Shown one piece after another: positions 1 through 10,200 of a DNA stretch of 35,111 bases (the stretch's first letter is position 1; every line of letters begins with the position of its first letter). The DNA is from Candidatus Methanomethylophilaceae archaeon (GTDB lineage Archaea > Thermoplasmatota > Thermoplasmata > Methanomassiliicoccales > Methanomethylophilaceae): NCBI GenBank assembly GCA_050944155.1, contig JBMNQN010000008.1, forward strand, positions 1-35,111, in the 5' to 3' direction. Position numbers and translations under genes: made by a program. Under the pieces are notes generated by a model. It did not search any database and was not told where the DNA came from. It saw nothing but the letters and a program-made list of their open reading frames with translations.

Positions 1-28
1 CATATTATTCTTACAGCGATACTGCGCC

Positions 29-1834
29 ATGCTTCTGAAAGCCCAATCGGTGTCGAAATCTTTCGGGCCGTCGAAAATTCTGAAAGACGCGAGCCTTCAG
101 ATTAACAGCGGAGACACCATCGGGCTGATCGGCGTAAACGGAGCCGGAAAAACGACGTTTCTGAAAATACTGCTGGGCATTGAACGTCCGGATACGGGGG
201 AAATAATACGGAACACTTCCAGAATAGGATATCTGGAACAGTTTGCGGAGTCTTCTTCGGAGTATACGGTCCGCGACGTTCTGGGAAGGCCTTACGGTCA
301 TACCGAGAGAATCAAGGCCCGGATGAAAGAACTCGACGAAAAAATGGTCGCGGGAGGGGACATAGACTGGAACGCCGTTGCGGAAGAATACGCAAATCTC
401 GATTCGGAGCTGGCCGGTTCCGCCGCAGACGACGAGAAAAAAACAATCGACGCGCTGAAAAAAGTGGGACTTTCCGAAGACATTATGGACAGAACCATGG
501 ATTCTCTTTCCGGAGGGGAAAGAACCAAAGTGATGCTCTCCCGCATTCTAGTTCAGGCGGAAGAATGCGACGTTCTTTTTCTGGACGAACCCACGTCTCA
601 CCTGGACATCGGTACCGTGGAATTCCTGGAAGATTTTCTTCTGAAATCGGGACGGGCGATGGTCGTAATCAGTCACGACCGTTACTTTCTGGACAAAGTC
701 GTGACGAGAGTTATGGAAATCTCCTTCGGAAAAAGCCGCGAATACAAAGGAAATTACTCCGATTTCATCACCAAAAAGATGAACGACCTGAACCGCATGG
801 AAAGCGAGTACCGCAGATATTCGGGTCAGAAAAAGGCTCAGGAAAAGATTGCCGAAGAGATGCGTAAAGATCTGTGGTATTCCGCCGTACACAAAACCAG
901 AACCAAGATGATCGAAAAGATGGACGTCAAAGAAAAACCCGAAGAAGAAATGTCCATCAGCGTAAGAATCCAGACCGCGGCCAAATCCGGAAAGAACGTC
1001 ATAACGGCAAAGAACCTGTCAGTGGAGAGAGGCGGAAAAACAATTCTGGAAAACGTAGAATTGGATATCAAGAAGGGAGACAAAATCGGGGTGTTCGGCG
1101 ACAACGGCGAAGGCAAAAGCACGCTGATAAAAGCCCTCTTGGGCGAAATACCCAGCAAGGGAGAACTATGGATTGCGCCGGGTGCGAAAATAGGATACTA
1201 TTCGCAGAACCACGAAGGTCTGGATCTCCGTCTGACCGCGGAAGAACAGCTTCTTATGGAAATCGGCGCCGACCGCAGGGCCGACGCAAGAGGTATGCTG
1301 GCACGTCTGCTTTTGAGTGGCGAAGACGTAAGCCGCCCCATGAGCACCCTGTCCGGCGGCCAGAGAGCCAGAGTCGCTCTGGCCATGCTTCTTCTCAGGG
1401 AAACAAACCTCCTGGTGCTTGACGAACCGACCAACTATCTGGATATTCCGTCGAGACACGCCGTGGAATCCGCTCTTAACGAATACAAAGGAACGCTGAT
1501 TGCTGTTACCCACGACCGTTATTTTCTGGATTCCGTGTGCACGAAAACGATCGAAGTCAAAGACGGCAGGGTAAAGATGTCCGCCTGTACTTATTCGGAG
1601 GCGAAAGGCCGCAAAAATATCAGGGAGATTGTGATGGATGCGGACGAATACAGAGTACTGGCACATTTCAAAAACTGGGTGACCGGAAGAAAGTACGTCA
1701 AGGGAGACAGAATTCTTATCGCTCCGTCGGAAATGGAAAGTTTCAAGTGGGCCGCGGATCAAGGGAAAATCAAGAGGACCGGGGGACTGCAAAGAAAAAA
1801 GGTTTTTGTCAGCAAAGAACCGGCGAAAAAATAA
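29..1834 (+). CDS. ABC-F family ribosome-associated ATPase with an unusual C-terminal domain
   Basis: Two ABC domains (GVNGAGKT/LSGGE/FLDEPT and GDNGEGKS/LSGGQ/VLDEPT), a GNYSDF-led helical linker and no TM segments; 601 aa. Confidence 0.93.
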   Translation: MLLKAQSVSKSFGPSKILKDASLQINSGDTIGLIGVNGAGKTTFLKILLGIERPDTGEIIRNTSRIGYLEQFAESSSEYTVRDVLGRPYGHTERIKARMKELDEKMVAGGDIDWNAVAEEYANLDSELAGSAADDEKKTIDALKKVGLSEDIMDRTMDSLSGGERTKVMLSRILVQAEECDVLFLDEPTSHLDIGTVEFLEDFLLKSGRAMVVISHDRYFLDKVVTRVMEISFGKSREYKGNYSDFITKKMNDLNRMESEYRRYSGQKKAQEKIAEEMRKDLWYSAVHKTRTKMIEKMDVKEKPEEEMSISVRIQTAAKSGKNVITAKNLSVERGGKTILENVELDIKKGDKIGVFGDNGEGKSTLIKALLGEIPSKGELWIAPGAKIGYYSQNHEGLDLRLTAEEQLLMEIGADRRADARGMLARLLLSGEDVSRPMSTLSGGQRARVALAMLLLRETNLLVLDEPTNYLDIPSRHAVESALNEYKGTLIAVTHDRYFLDSVCTKTIEVKDGRVKMSACTYSEAKGRKNIREIVMDADEYRVLAHFKNWVTGRKYVKGDRILIAPSEMESFKWAADQGKIKRTGGLQRKKVFVSKEPAKK

Positions 1835-1854
1835 ACACGCGCTACTAGGGACTG

Positions 1855-1862
1855 TTTTATAA
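1855..1862 (+). promoter_or_regulatory. TATA-box-like element for the antiporter gene
   Basis: TTTTATAA in an AT-rich gap ~33 nt upstream of ATG 1895. Confidence 0.5.
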
Positions 1863-1894
1863 TTAATGCGCGGTTATGCGTAATCGGGTTACTC

Positions 1895-3613
1895 ATGGAA
1901 GAAGTTGCGTTTCTGATGATAATGGCAATGATGTTCGTGCTCGCGGGCATCGCATCCATCATTTTTGGAAAACTGAAAATGCCGGCCATCATCGGTTATC
2001 TGGCCGCGGGCATGGTTATCGCCAACTTCTGGGGTATACCCGAGGGCGACACGCGGTTTCTTATTCAGATTCTCTCCAACATAGGTTTGGTTCTGCTTAT
2101 GTTCGGCATCGGAATGGAGCTGAACATAAAGAAGCTGAAGCAAAGCGGGGCGTTCACTATACTGGTGGCGGCTGTTCAGCTGCCGTTGATGGTTCTATGC
2201 GGTTACGTTGCCGGATATTTTCTCGGCTGGAACTCGGTTCAGTCGATTTTCCTGGGGGCCGTCATCTCCGGATCTTCCACCGCGGTCGTTACCGCCGTTC
2301 TCAGAAGCAATGAAAAAATTTCCAAAGATACCGCGGACACGATAATTCTGGTTACGGTCATGGAAGACATAGGGCAGGTCATCATACTGACCATGGCTTC
2401 TCCGCTTCTCGTGGGTCAGTCTCCCGACGCATCCGGTATGCTGATCATGATTATCGGAATCATCGCATTCATGGCGGCAGCCATAGTTTTGGGACTGCTG
2501 GCACTTCCACGTCTCATTGATTGGATCGGTAACCGTTTCCCTCACGAAATTCTTCTCATCACCGTTCTGGGCATGTGTTTCGGAATGGCCCTGCTGTCCA
2601 CGTATGCGAGTCTTTCCATGGCCATCGGAGCGTTCCTGATGGGTCTTATCACATCCCAGTCGAAATACACGGAAGTTCTGGAAAGAGACATAGAACCGAT
2701 GAAAAGTGCGTTTATGGCCATATTTTTCATAGACGTGGGTCTCAAAATTCAATTCGGCGACTTGTCTTCCAACATATTGCTCGCCGTTCTGATTTTCTTC
2801 ATATTCATCGTATCCAAGACGGTCACGGTCTTGTTCGCATATTTCCTCGGAAACAAGGACATGAAGACTTCGTTTATTTCCGCGATGAGTCTGCTGGCTA
2901 TGGGTGAATTTGCGTTTATCGTAGCCAAGGCGGCTTTGGATGCGGGTGCCGTTACTCACGAATTCTACACGGCAGTGGTTATCGCCGCTCTGATTTCGAT
3001 GATTACCATACCTGTGTTCTCTCTCAGAAGCGTGGACGATTACGAATTCCTCAGCAAACACTGTCCGGAGTTCCTTAAAAGGGGATTCAGAAAGGCGGAG
3101 CACATGAGGTCCGATTTCTACTCCAAGATAGTGTTCTCGACCAAGACCACAAAGCGCGTAAGAAACAGGTTCACGGTAGTGTATTTAAGCGCAATTGCGG
3201 TGTTCGTAATAGAGGTCGCGTTCTACATATATGGAGGAGATTTGGGTGCAATCATCTCCGAGAAACTTAACATGTCCATGCGTCTGGCACACATACTGGT
3301 GCTTCTCATAAACCTGGGTGCCATAGCGGTTCCCACGATGTCCATAGTCATGAGCCTCAAGGTCATCGACAGGATTGTTCTGGAAGGAGGAAAGCGCAAA
3401 CGCGGATATTATCTGGAGGAAGACATGGACACCCGTTCCGCGTATTCCCGTTTCATAGGAATCAGCAACATTTTCCTTGTTCTGATGATAGACTTCGCGA
3501 TACTTCTGTTCGTTCCGAATCCTCTGCCGACCGCGGATCATCTGATAATAATGCTGGGCGGTATAATCGCGGTACTGATAGTCTATATGTACAAATACTA
3601 CAAAAAGTCCTGA
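1895..3613 (+). CDS. CPA2-family (Kef-like) cation:proton antiporter with extra C-terminal TM helices
   Basis: Motifs GLVLLMFGIGMEL, SSTAVV, MEDIG, GAFLMG and GEFAF; many TM segments; no RCK/TrkA domain visible. Confidence 0.88.
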   Translation: MEEVAFLMIMAMMFVLAGIASIIFGKLKMPAIIGYLAAGMVIANFWGIPEGDTRFLIQILSNIGLVLLMFGIGMELNIKKLKQSGAFTILVAAVQLPLMVLCGYVAGYFLGWNSVQSIFLGAVISGSSTAVVTAVLRSNEKISKDTADTIILVTVMEDIGQVIILTMASPLLVGQSPDASGMLIMIIGIIAFMAAAIVLGLLALPRLIDWIGNRFPHEILLITVLGMCFGMALLSTYASLSMAIGAFLMGLITSQSKYTEVLERDIEPMKSAFMAIFFIDVGLKIQFGDLSSNILLAVLIFFIFIVSKTVTVLFAYFLGNKDMKTSFISAMSLLAMGEFAFIVAKAALDAGAVTHEFYTAVVIAALISMITIPVFSLRSVDDYEFLSKHCPEFLKRGFRKAEHMRSDFYSKIVFSTKTTKRVRNRFTVVYLSAIAVFVIEVAFYIYGGDLGAIISEKLNMSMRLAHILVLLINLGAIAVPTMSIVMSLKVIDRIVLEGGKRKRGYYLEEDMDTRSAYSRFIGISNIFLVLMIDFAILLFVPNPLPTADHLIIMLGGIIAVLIVYMYKYYKKS

Positions 3614-3647
3614 CGCAGGCACTCCGAAGATATAGACTGGCACTTTG

Positions 3648-3655
3648 AAAAAAAA
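3648..3655 (-). terminator. Oligo-U tract, probable terminator of the homocitrate synthase gene
   Basis: A8 on + (T8 on -) about 20 nt past the stop at 3677, with a further T5 nearby. Confidence 0.45.
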
Positions 3656-3676
3656 TCCGTAAAAAGGTAAGGGGTT

Positions 3677-4855
3677 TCAGCAGAGGTCGTCGAACAGGTC
3701 GGCTTTCCTTTCCATGTCTTTATACAGGGAAAGCAGTTCCTCATGGGATATGCTGCGGTGCATCTGAACCGAAGCGCGGCGGACGTTTTCGAGAAGATCT
3801 CCCGCCGTGTCTTTGTCGATGTGCACCCCCATATCGGCAAGAACCGTGATGAGAGTGTTCCTGCCCGAGTGTTTGCCTATCACGAGCGACCTTTCGAGAC
3901 CGACCTCGTCGGGGTCGTAAGGCTCGTAGTTGACCGCATCTTTGATTATGCCGTCGGCGTGGATACCGGATTCGTGGGCGAAACAGTTGGAGCCCAGGAA
4001 AGGCTTCGATACGGATATGGGGCGGTTGGCCGCTCTGGAAACGAAGAGCGACAGAGGCCTGAGTTTCTTCGTGTCCACTCCCGTGTCTATGCCGAAAAGG
4101 TGCTTCGACGCCATGACGGTCTCTTCGAGAGGCGAGTTTCCGGATCTTTCTCCGATACCCATTACGGTGGTGCTCATGAACCGGGCTCCGGCGTGGACTC
4201 CCGCCATGCAGTTGGCGGTGGCCATTCCGAAATCGTCGTGCATGTGCATCTCTACGTCCATTCCGGTTTCGGATATGATTTTGGATACGCGGTCGTAAAC
4301 GGAAAACGGCTGTTCCCTTCCGATGGTATCACAGTAGCGGAATCTGTCCGCACCCGCTTCTTTGGCCGTTTTAACGAACTGAACAAGGAAATCTATGTCG
4401 GCGCGGGAAGAATCCTCTCCGTTGCAGGAAACGTAAAGTCCGTGATCTTTGGCGTATGAAACCGCTTCGGTCACTTTATCGAGAACCCATTGGCGGGTTT
4501 TTCTGAGTTTGTACTCTATATGAATGTCCGAGGCGGACATGGATATTGCCACGGAATCGACGTCGCAGTCTATGCTGGTGTTTATGTCGTTGATGTCGGC
4601 GCGGTTCCATCCGAGGACGGACGCGCTGAGGCCCATGTGCGCGATGTGCTTTACGGCAACCTTTTCGTCGGCACCCATAGTGGGTATTCCCGCTTCTATC
4701 TGCTGGACACCGGCATCGTCGAGCATCTGTGCTATTTTGTACTTCTCCAGATTGGAGAATACTATGCCCGCGGTCTGCTCTCCGTCTCTCAGCGTGGTAT
4801 CGCAAACATTGAGTCTTCCGCTCAGTGCATCGGTGATGTCTCTGTCATTTTTCAT
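3677..4855 (-). CDS. aksA: Homocitrate synthase (AksA/NifV-like, DRE-TIM family); coenzyme B precursor synthesis likely if the host is a methanogen
   Basis: DTTLRDGEQ, HMHDDFG, GIGERSGN, HESGIHADG and GKHSG motifs; no LeuA regulatory domain (392 aa). Confidence 0.8.
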   Translation of the reverse strand: MKNDRDITDALSGRLNVCDTTLRDGEQTAGIVFSNLEKYKIAQMLDDAGVQQIEAGIPTMGADEKVAVKHIAHMGLSASVLGWNRADINDINTSIDCDVDSVAISMSASDIHIEYKLRKTRQWVLDKVTEAVSYAKDHGLYVSCNGEDSSRADIDFLVQFVKTAKEAGADRFRYCDTIGREQPFSVYDRVSKIISETGMDVEMHMHDDFGMATANCMAGVHAGARFMSTTVMGIGERSGNSPLEETVMASKHLFGIDTGVDTKKLRPLSLFVSRAANRPISVSKPFLGSNCFAHESGIHADGIIKDAVNYEPYDPDEVGLERSLVIGKHSGRNTLITVLADMGVHIDKDTAGDLLENVRRASVQMHRSISHEELLSLYKDMERKADLFDDLC

Positions 4856-4948
4856 TTAAATTCCTCAAGCATACGGCAGTTCCGGTAGAATCACAATCGG
4901 TCTGCAATTGCAAAATCATTTTTTCGTATTAAATATTTCCGCGGATTG

Positions 4949-4965
4949 ATTATAAAGGGATTTTC
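4949..4965 (-). promoter_or_regulatory. BRE-TATA-like element upstream of homocitrate synthase
   Basis: GAAAATCCC-TTTATAAT on -; a second TATA-like TTTAATA lies at 4933-4927; the same GAAAATCCC precedes the mtnP TATA. Confidence 0.5.
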
Positions 4966-4972
4966 GGGGAAA

Positions 4973-6013
4973 TCATATTTTATATCTCAGAATCGCGCCC
5001 ATTCCTCCCAGGGCCGCCAATCCTTTGCCCGCGTCGTGCTGGGAGGAAACAACCAGAAGTTTTCCTTTCTGGGACTCCACGTCTTTCACGATTTTGTCCA
5101 AATCCCGTTCCCTGATTTCCGAATCCAGAACCAGAAGGATTTCGACGGCTCCGGCGGAAGCGGCGGCCGCCACTTCGGACGGACCGTAGGCGGCAAGTCC
5201 GTCTTTGCTTATTTCGGCCATCAGACGTTCCACGGCTTCGGTTTCGGCGCAGACCGATGATTCTCTTAGGACTTCCGCACCCATCCCGGTTTTCATCAGT
5301 TCGTTTATGCCCGCCATTCCGCTCTGTCCCGTGTGGTACACGTAGCATTTGGCGAAAAGTTCGGGTTCCAGACGTTTTCCCGATTCGGCCAGAAGTTCCT
5401 TTTCGAACCCGGGGCCCAGAAGAACCAGGGGAGTGTCCTTTTCGGCCGAGAGCTTGACTTTGGAAATTATTTCTTCGTGATAGCTCTCGTCCCCTTTCCG
5501 TTTCTCGTCGTACATTTTGCCGGATCTGCCCGAACGTATGAACGCGATTTCCTTCAGACCGTACTGTCTGAGAACGGCGACGGTGGCGTCGTCCTGATCC
5601 AGAGATACGAAGGTGATGCGGGGTTTTCCGGAATCCCTTACCGCACGGTCCAGTCTTTCAAGCTGGGTTTCCCGCCATTTTCTTTTTGTTACGGTCAAGG
5701 GGTCTCCCGTTTCTATCAGCAGAGTGTGATACTGACCCACGTCCTGCGGTCCGGATTCTATGACTCCCAGAAGTCTCAGTCTCAGGTTTTCCTCGCTGAA
5801 TTCGATTTTTTCGATTCTGACTCCCAGTGTCATCCTCTTCTTTTCGGTTCGTTCCGCACGTATTTTGTCCGAGGCTTTTTCCTCCCGCCGGGTCGTGGAG
5901 GCCGTAACAAGGTCTCCGATTTCCAATACGTTGAACAGATGCCAAAGATCTTCGTCGGTCTCTGGCATGATTCTGACGCTCCCCTGACGCAGGTCGCGCC
6001 CCATAATCCGCAT
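4973..6013 (-). CDS. pelA: Pelota/Dom34 ribosome rescue factor
   Basis: PETDEDLWHL, GQYHTL, GPGF and LGGMGAILRY; eRF1-like three-domain layout. Confidence 0.96.
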   Translation of the reverse strand: MRIMGRDLRQGSVRIMPETDEDLWHLFNVLEIGDLVTASTTRREEKASDKIRAERTEKKRMTLGVRIEKIEFSEENLRLRLLGVIESGPQDVGQYHTLLIETGDPLTVTKRKWRETQLERLDRAVRDSGKPRITFVSLDQDDATVAVLRQYGLKEIAFIRSGRSGKMYDEKRKGDESYHEEIISKVKLSAEKDTPLVLLGPGFEKELLAESGKRLEPELFAKCYVYHTGQSGMAGINELMKTGMGAEVLRESSVCAETEAVERLMAEISKDGLAAYGPSEVAAAASAGAVEILLVLDSEIRERDLDKIVKDVESQKGKLLVVSSQHDAGKGLAALGGMGAILRYKI

Positions 6014-6109
6014 GACTGCCCGATACGTTCCACGGTTAATGTATTTTCGTCAAAGAAACCCACATATGTCCGCTATCGGACAGGGTCGGCAGCATACTGT
6101 AATAACGGA

Positions 6110-6126
6110 GAGGAAGAAATTAAATA
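6110..6126 (+). promoter_or_regulatory. BRE-TATA-like element for carAB
   Basis: Purine run followed by TTAAATA (6120-6126), 26 nt before ATG 6153. Confidence 0.5.
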
Positions 6127-6152
6127 GAATCCGTGGGTGTGTTTGAATCCCG

Positions 6153-7238
6153 ATGGTGCGCGGATATTTAGTCCTCGGAGACGGAACTGTGTATGGTGGC
6201 ATTCTTTTCGGCCGCTGCGGTTCCGCCGTCGGAGAGGTTGTTTTCGGAACGGGAATGGGCGGCTATCAGGAAAATATCACCGACCCTTCCTTGAGAGGTC
6301 AGATTTTGGTTTCCGCTTATCCGCTTGTGGGAAACTGCGGAGTTTCGGAAGAATTTTCGCAGTCGGACGGAGTTCACATAAGAGGTTTGGTTGCGAGAGA
6401 TCTGTGCGAAGAACCCACGCACATGTACGGCGGAAAAACTCTGAGTTCGTTTTTGGACGAACACGGAGTGACGGGCATCACGGGAGTGGACACCCGCGAC
6501 ATTATCAGAAAAATAAGAGACGAGGGTTCCGTGCTCGGCGCGATTACCGACGATAAAGTTTCTCCCGAAGTGACCCTGAAAAAGCTGAAAAAGACGGTCT
6601 CTCCCATGGAGACCGACCTTGTGGGCGAAGTGTCCTGCAAAAAAGCGTATAAAATCGGCGGAGGAAAGGAACTCACCGCCGCGGTGATAGACTGCGGAAC
6701 GAAACGCGCGGTGCTGGACGAACTGTCCTCCCGTTTCAACGTTATGGTTTTCCCATACGACACCCCCGCCGACGTCATTATCGAAAGCAGGCCCGACGGC
6801 ATAGTAATCGCCGACGGACCGGGAAACCCTCTGCACGGGAGCATAACGGGAACGGTCACGAAAACGGCCGCGACTCTTTCGTCGCATTTCCCCATGTACG
6901 GCATCTGCATGGGAAGCCAGATAATCGCTTCCGCTCTGGGCGCCGAGATTTACAAAATGAAATCGGGACACCGCGGAAACAATCAGCCGGTAAAATTCGA
7001 AAACCGCGTCTACATAACGTCCCAGAGCCACGGTTTCGCCGTGGATGCTTCTTCCGCCGAAGCCGCGGGATTCGTTGCGGATCAGATAAACATCAACGAC
7101 GGCACCGTAGAGGGGTGCCGCCACAGGGATTTGGATATCATTACGGTGCAGTACCGTCCGGAAGCCCGCCCCGGTCCCGCCGACACCGTTTTCCTGTTCG
7201 ACAGATTCGGCAAGATGATGAAGGAGGCCGAGAGATGA
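6153..7238 (+). CDS. carA: Carbamoyl-phosphate synthase small subunit with catalytic His replaced by Arg
   Basis: GEVVF, GYQENITDPS, DTR, GPG, GICMG and GHRG motifs; QYRPEA instead of Q(F/Y)HPEA; ATGA overlap with carB. Confidence 0.95.
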   Translation: MVRGYLVLGDGTVYGGILFGRCGSAVGEVVFGTGMGGYQENITDPSLRGQILVSAYPLVGNCGVSEEFSQSDGVHIRGLVARDLCEEPTHMYGGKTLSSFLDEHGVTGITGVDTRDIIRKIRDEGSVLGAITDDKVSPEVTLKKLKKTVSPMETDLVGEVSCKKAYKIGGGKELTAAVIDCGTKRAVLDELSSRFNVMVFPYDTPADVIIESRPDGIVIADGPGNPLHGSITGTVTKTAATLSSHFPMYGICMGSQIIASALGAEIYKMKSGHRGNNQPVKFENRVYITSQSHGFAVDASSAEAAGFVADQININDGTVEGCRHRDLDIITVQYRPEARPGPADTVFLFDRFGKMMKEAER

Positions 7239-10200
7239 AGAAGCCTTACAACAAACTGATGGTAATCGGCTCGGGCCCCATAGTGATCGGTCAGGCGGCG
7301 GAATTCGACTTTTCCGGTTCCCAGGCCTGCCGCACTCTCCGCGAAGAGGGATACAAAACCGTTCTGGTAAACTCCAATCCCGCAACGATTCAGACGGACT
7401 CGGAAATGGCTGACAGCGTGTACATAGAACCGCTCAACGCTGAAACCGTGGCCGCAATCATAGAGAAGGAGGGTGTGGACGGCATTCTTTCCGGAATGGG
7501 CGGACAGACCGCTCTGAACATATGTTCCGAACTTTACGACAGCGGAGTTCTGGAAAAGCTCAATTGCGATTTGGTCGGAACGCAGCCTGACGCAATCGCC
7601 ATGTCCGAAGACAGGGAACTGTTCAAGGAGACCATGGAGAGAATCGGAGAACCGGTTCCCCTGAGCTACAGTGTCAGTTCCGTTCCCGACGCCAAAAAAG
7701 CGGCCGAAGAAATCGGAAGATATCCCGTACTCGTGCGTCCCGCATACACCCTCGGAGGTACGGGGGGCGGTATCGCCCACAACGAAGCGGAACTGGAAGA
7801 AATATGCGCCCGCGGTCTCGCCTACTCCCGCATACACCAGGTTCTCATCGAAGAGAGCGTTCTCGGATGGAAAGAGCTGGAATACGAAGTCATGAGGGAC
7901 TCGGACGACAGCTGCATCATCGTCTGCACGATGGAGAATCTGGACCCCATGGGCGTACACACGGGGGAAAGCATAGTCTGTGCTCCTCTGCTCACGGTGT
8001 CCGACCGCGACCATCAGCGCCTCAGAACCGCCGCGATAAAAGTCATACGCTCGCTGGGAATCGAGGGCGGATGCAACGTGCAGTTTGCGTTCAATCCCGA
8101 AAACGGAGATTACCGCCTCATCGAAGTCAACCCCCGCGTGTCCCGTTCTTCGGCTCTTGCTTCGAAAGCCACCGGATACCCCATAGCCAGAGTCGCCACG
8201 AAGATAGCCGTCGGATACAAACTGGACGAAATTCTCAACAGCGTCACCGGAACCACGTACGCCGCTTTCGAACCTTCCGTCGATTATGTTGTCGTAAAAA
8301 TCCCCCGCTGGCCCTTCGACAAGTTCCGCACAGTGGACCGCCATCTGGGGACCCAGATGAAGAGTACCGGGGAAGCAATGTCCATAGGGCGTACCTTCGA
8401 AGAAGCGCTTCTCAAAGGACTCAGATCCCTGGAAATCGGAGTCAAAGGTCTCGACGAACTGGAAATGACCGATGCCGAAATCGAAGAAGAACTGAAAAAC
8501 GTGACGGACAAGCATATTTTCGCGATGGGTCAGGCGCTGAGAAACGGATGGACCGTCGAAAAAATTGCCGATATCTCCAAGTGGGACCGTTATTTCATAA
8601 TCAAACTGAAAAACATCGTAGAGATGGAAAAACGTCTGAAAACCTGCGGAGGAGACCCGAAGGTCGTAAGGGAAGCCAAAAAGATGGGCTTCTCCGACTC
8701 TGCCGTAGCCGAACTCATAGGCATGGACGAAATCGAATTCAGGAACATGCGCAAGAAACAGGGAAACGTATCGGTCTACAAAATGGTGGACACCTGCGCA
8801 GGCGAATTCGAAGCCGCCGCCCCTTACTTCTATTCGACCTACGGACGGACGTCCGAAACTTCCAGGGACGAAAGCAAAAAGAAAGTCGTCATCGTGGGAG
8901 GAGGCCCCATCAGAATAGGGCAGGGAATCGAGTTCGACTACTGTTGCGTACACGGAGTGATGGCACTTCAGGAAGAAGGGGTCGACGCAATCATAATCAA
9001 CAACAATCCGGAGACCGTATCCACGGATTACGACGTTTCCGACCGTCTGTATTTCGAACCTCTGACCCTGGAAGACGTTCTCGACGTCGTGGAGGAAGAA
9101 AATGCCGACGGCGTCATCGTGCAGTTCGGAGGCCAGACCAGCGTAAACCTTGCGGTTGGTTTGGAAAAGGCCCTGGAAGGAACCAAAACTAAAATTCTCG
9201 GTACGAGTCCGGACGGAATGGACGTTGCCGAGGACCGCAGAAGATTCTCCGCGCTTATGGATAAACTGGGTATTCTCCAGCCCCGTTCCGGTACAGGCTA
9301 TTCGTTCGAAGAGGCAAGAAAAATCGCTTCCGAAATAGGATACCCGGTGTTGGTGAGACCGTCGTACGTTCTCGGAGGAAGGGCCATGGAAATCGTCTAC
9401 TCCGAAGACGAACTGAAGACTTACGTGGAAACTGCGGTGAAGGTTTCGAGAAACCATCCGATTCTCATAGATCAGTATCTCACCGAAGCCGTGGAAATAG
9501 ACATAGACGCTCTCTGCGACGGCAAGGACGTTTACATAGGGGGAATGATGGAACACGTGGAATACGCTGGGTGCCACTCCGGCGACGCAACCATGGTAAT
9601 GCCCCCGTTCACGCTGAGCGACGAAATCGTGAAAGGTATGGCGGAGATTACCGAAAAAGTCGCACTGGGTCTTAACATAAAAGGGCTGATGAATCTTCAG
9701 CTCGCGGTGAAAGACAACAAAATTTACATGATCGAAGCGAACCCCCGCGCATCCAGAACCGTACCGTTCATCTCCAAGGCCACGGGAGTTCAGATGGCCA
9801 AAGTCGCCACCAAGATAATGCTCGGAAAGACCCTGAAAGACTTCGGACTTTCGGGATACACCCCCATAGACCACTACGCGGTCAAAGCTTCCGTGTTCCC
9901 GTTCCTGAAGCTGCCCGGCGTGGATTCGATTCTCACGCCCGAGATGAAAAGCACCGGGGAAGTCATGGGCATCGACGAGGATTTCTACACCGCCTGTTAC
10001 AAAGCGCTGATTGCTGCCGGAAACAAACTCCCCATGGAAGGCGGCGTTTACATAACGGTGAACGAACAGGACAAACCCAGGGTGGTAAACGCCGCAAGAG
10101 GGCTTGCGGAGATGGGATTCACGATTTACGCCACCAAAGGCACGTCCACGTACCTGAGGGAACACGGAATCGAAACCACTACAGTGTTCAAACTGGACGA

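Noticed and set aside
3677-4855. NifV-like gene as evidence of nitrogen fixation
   Set aside because: No nif genes nearby; homocitrate synthase has other roles such as coenzyme B synthesis
7115-7234. N-terminal extensions in the ORF track for carB, hisF (17251), hisIE (18048), the ApgM-like gene (22319) and the second permease (31239)
   Set aside because: They overlap upstream genes; the real starts are at ATGA/TGATG couplings where family homology begins, so these are not fusions
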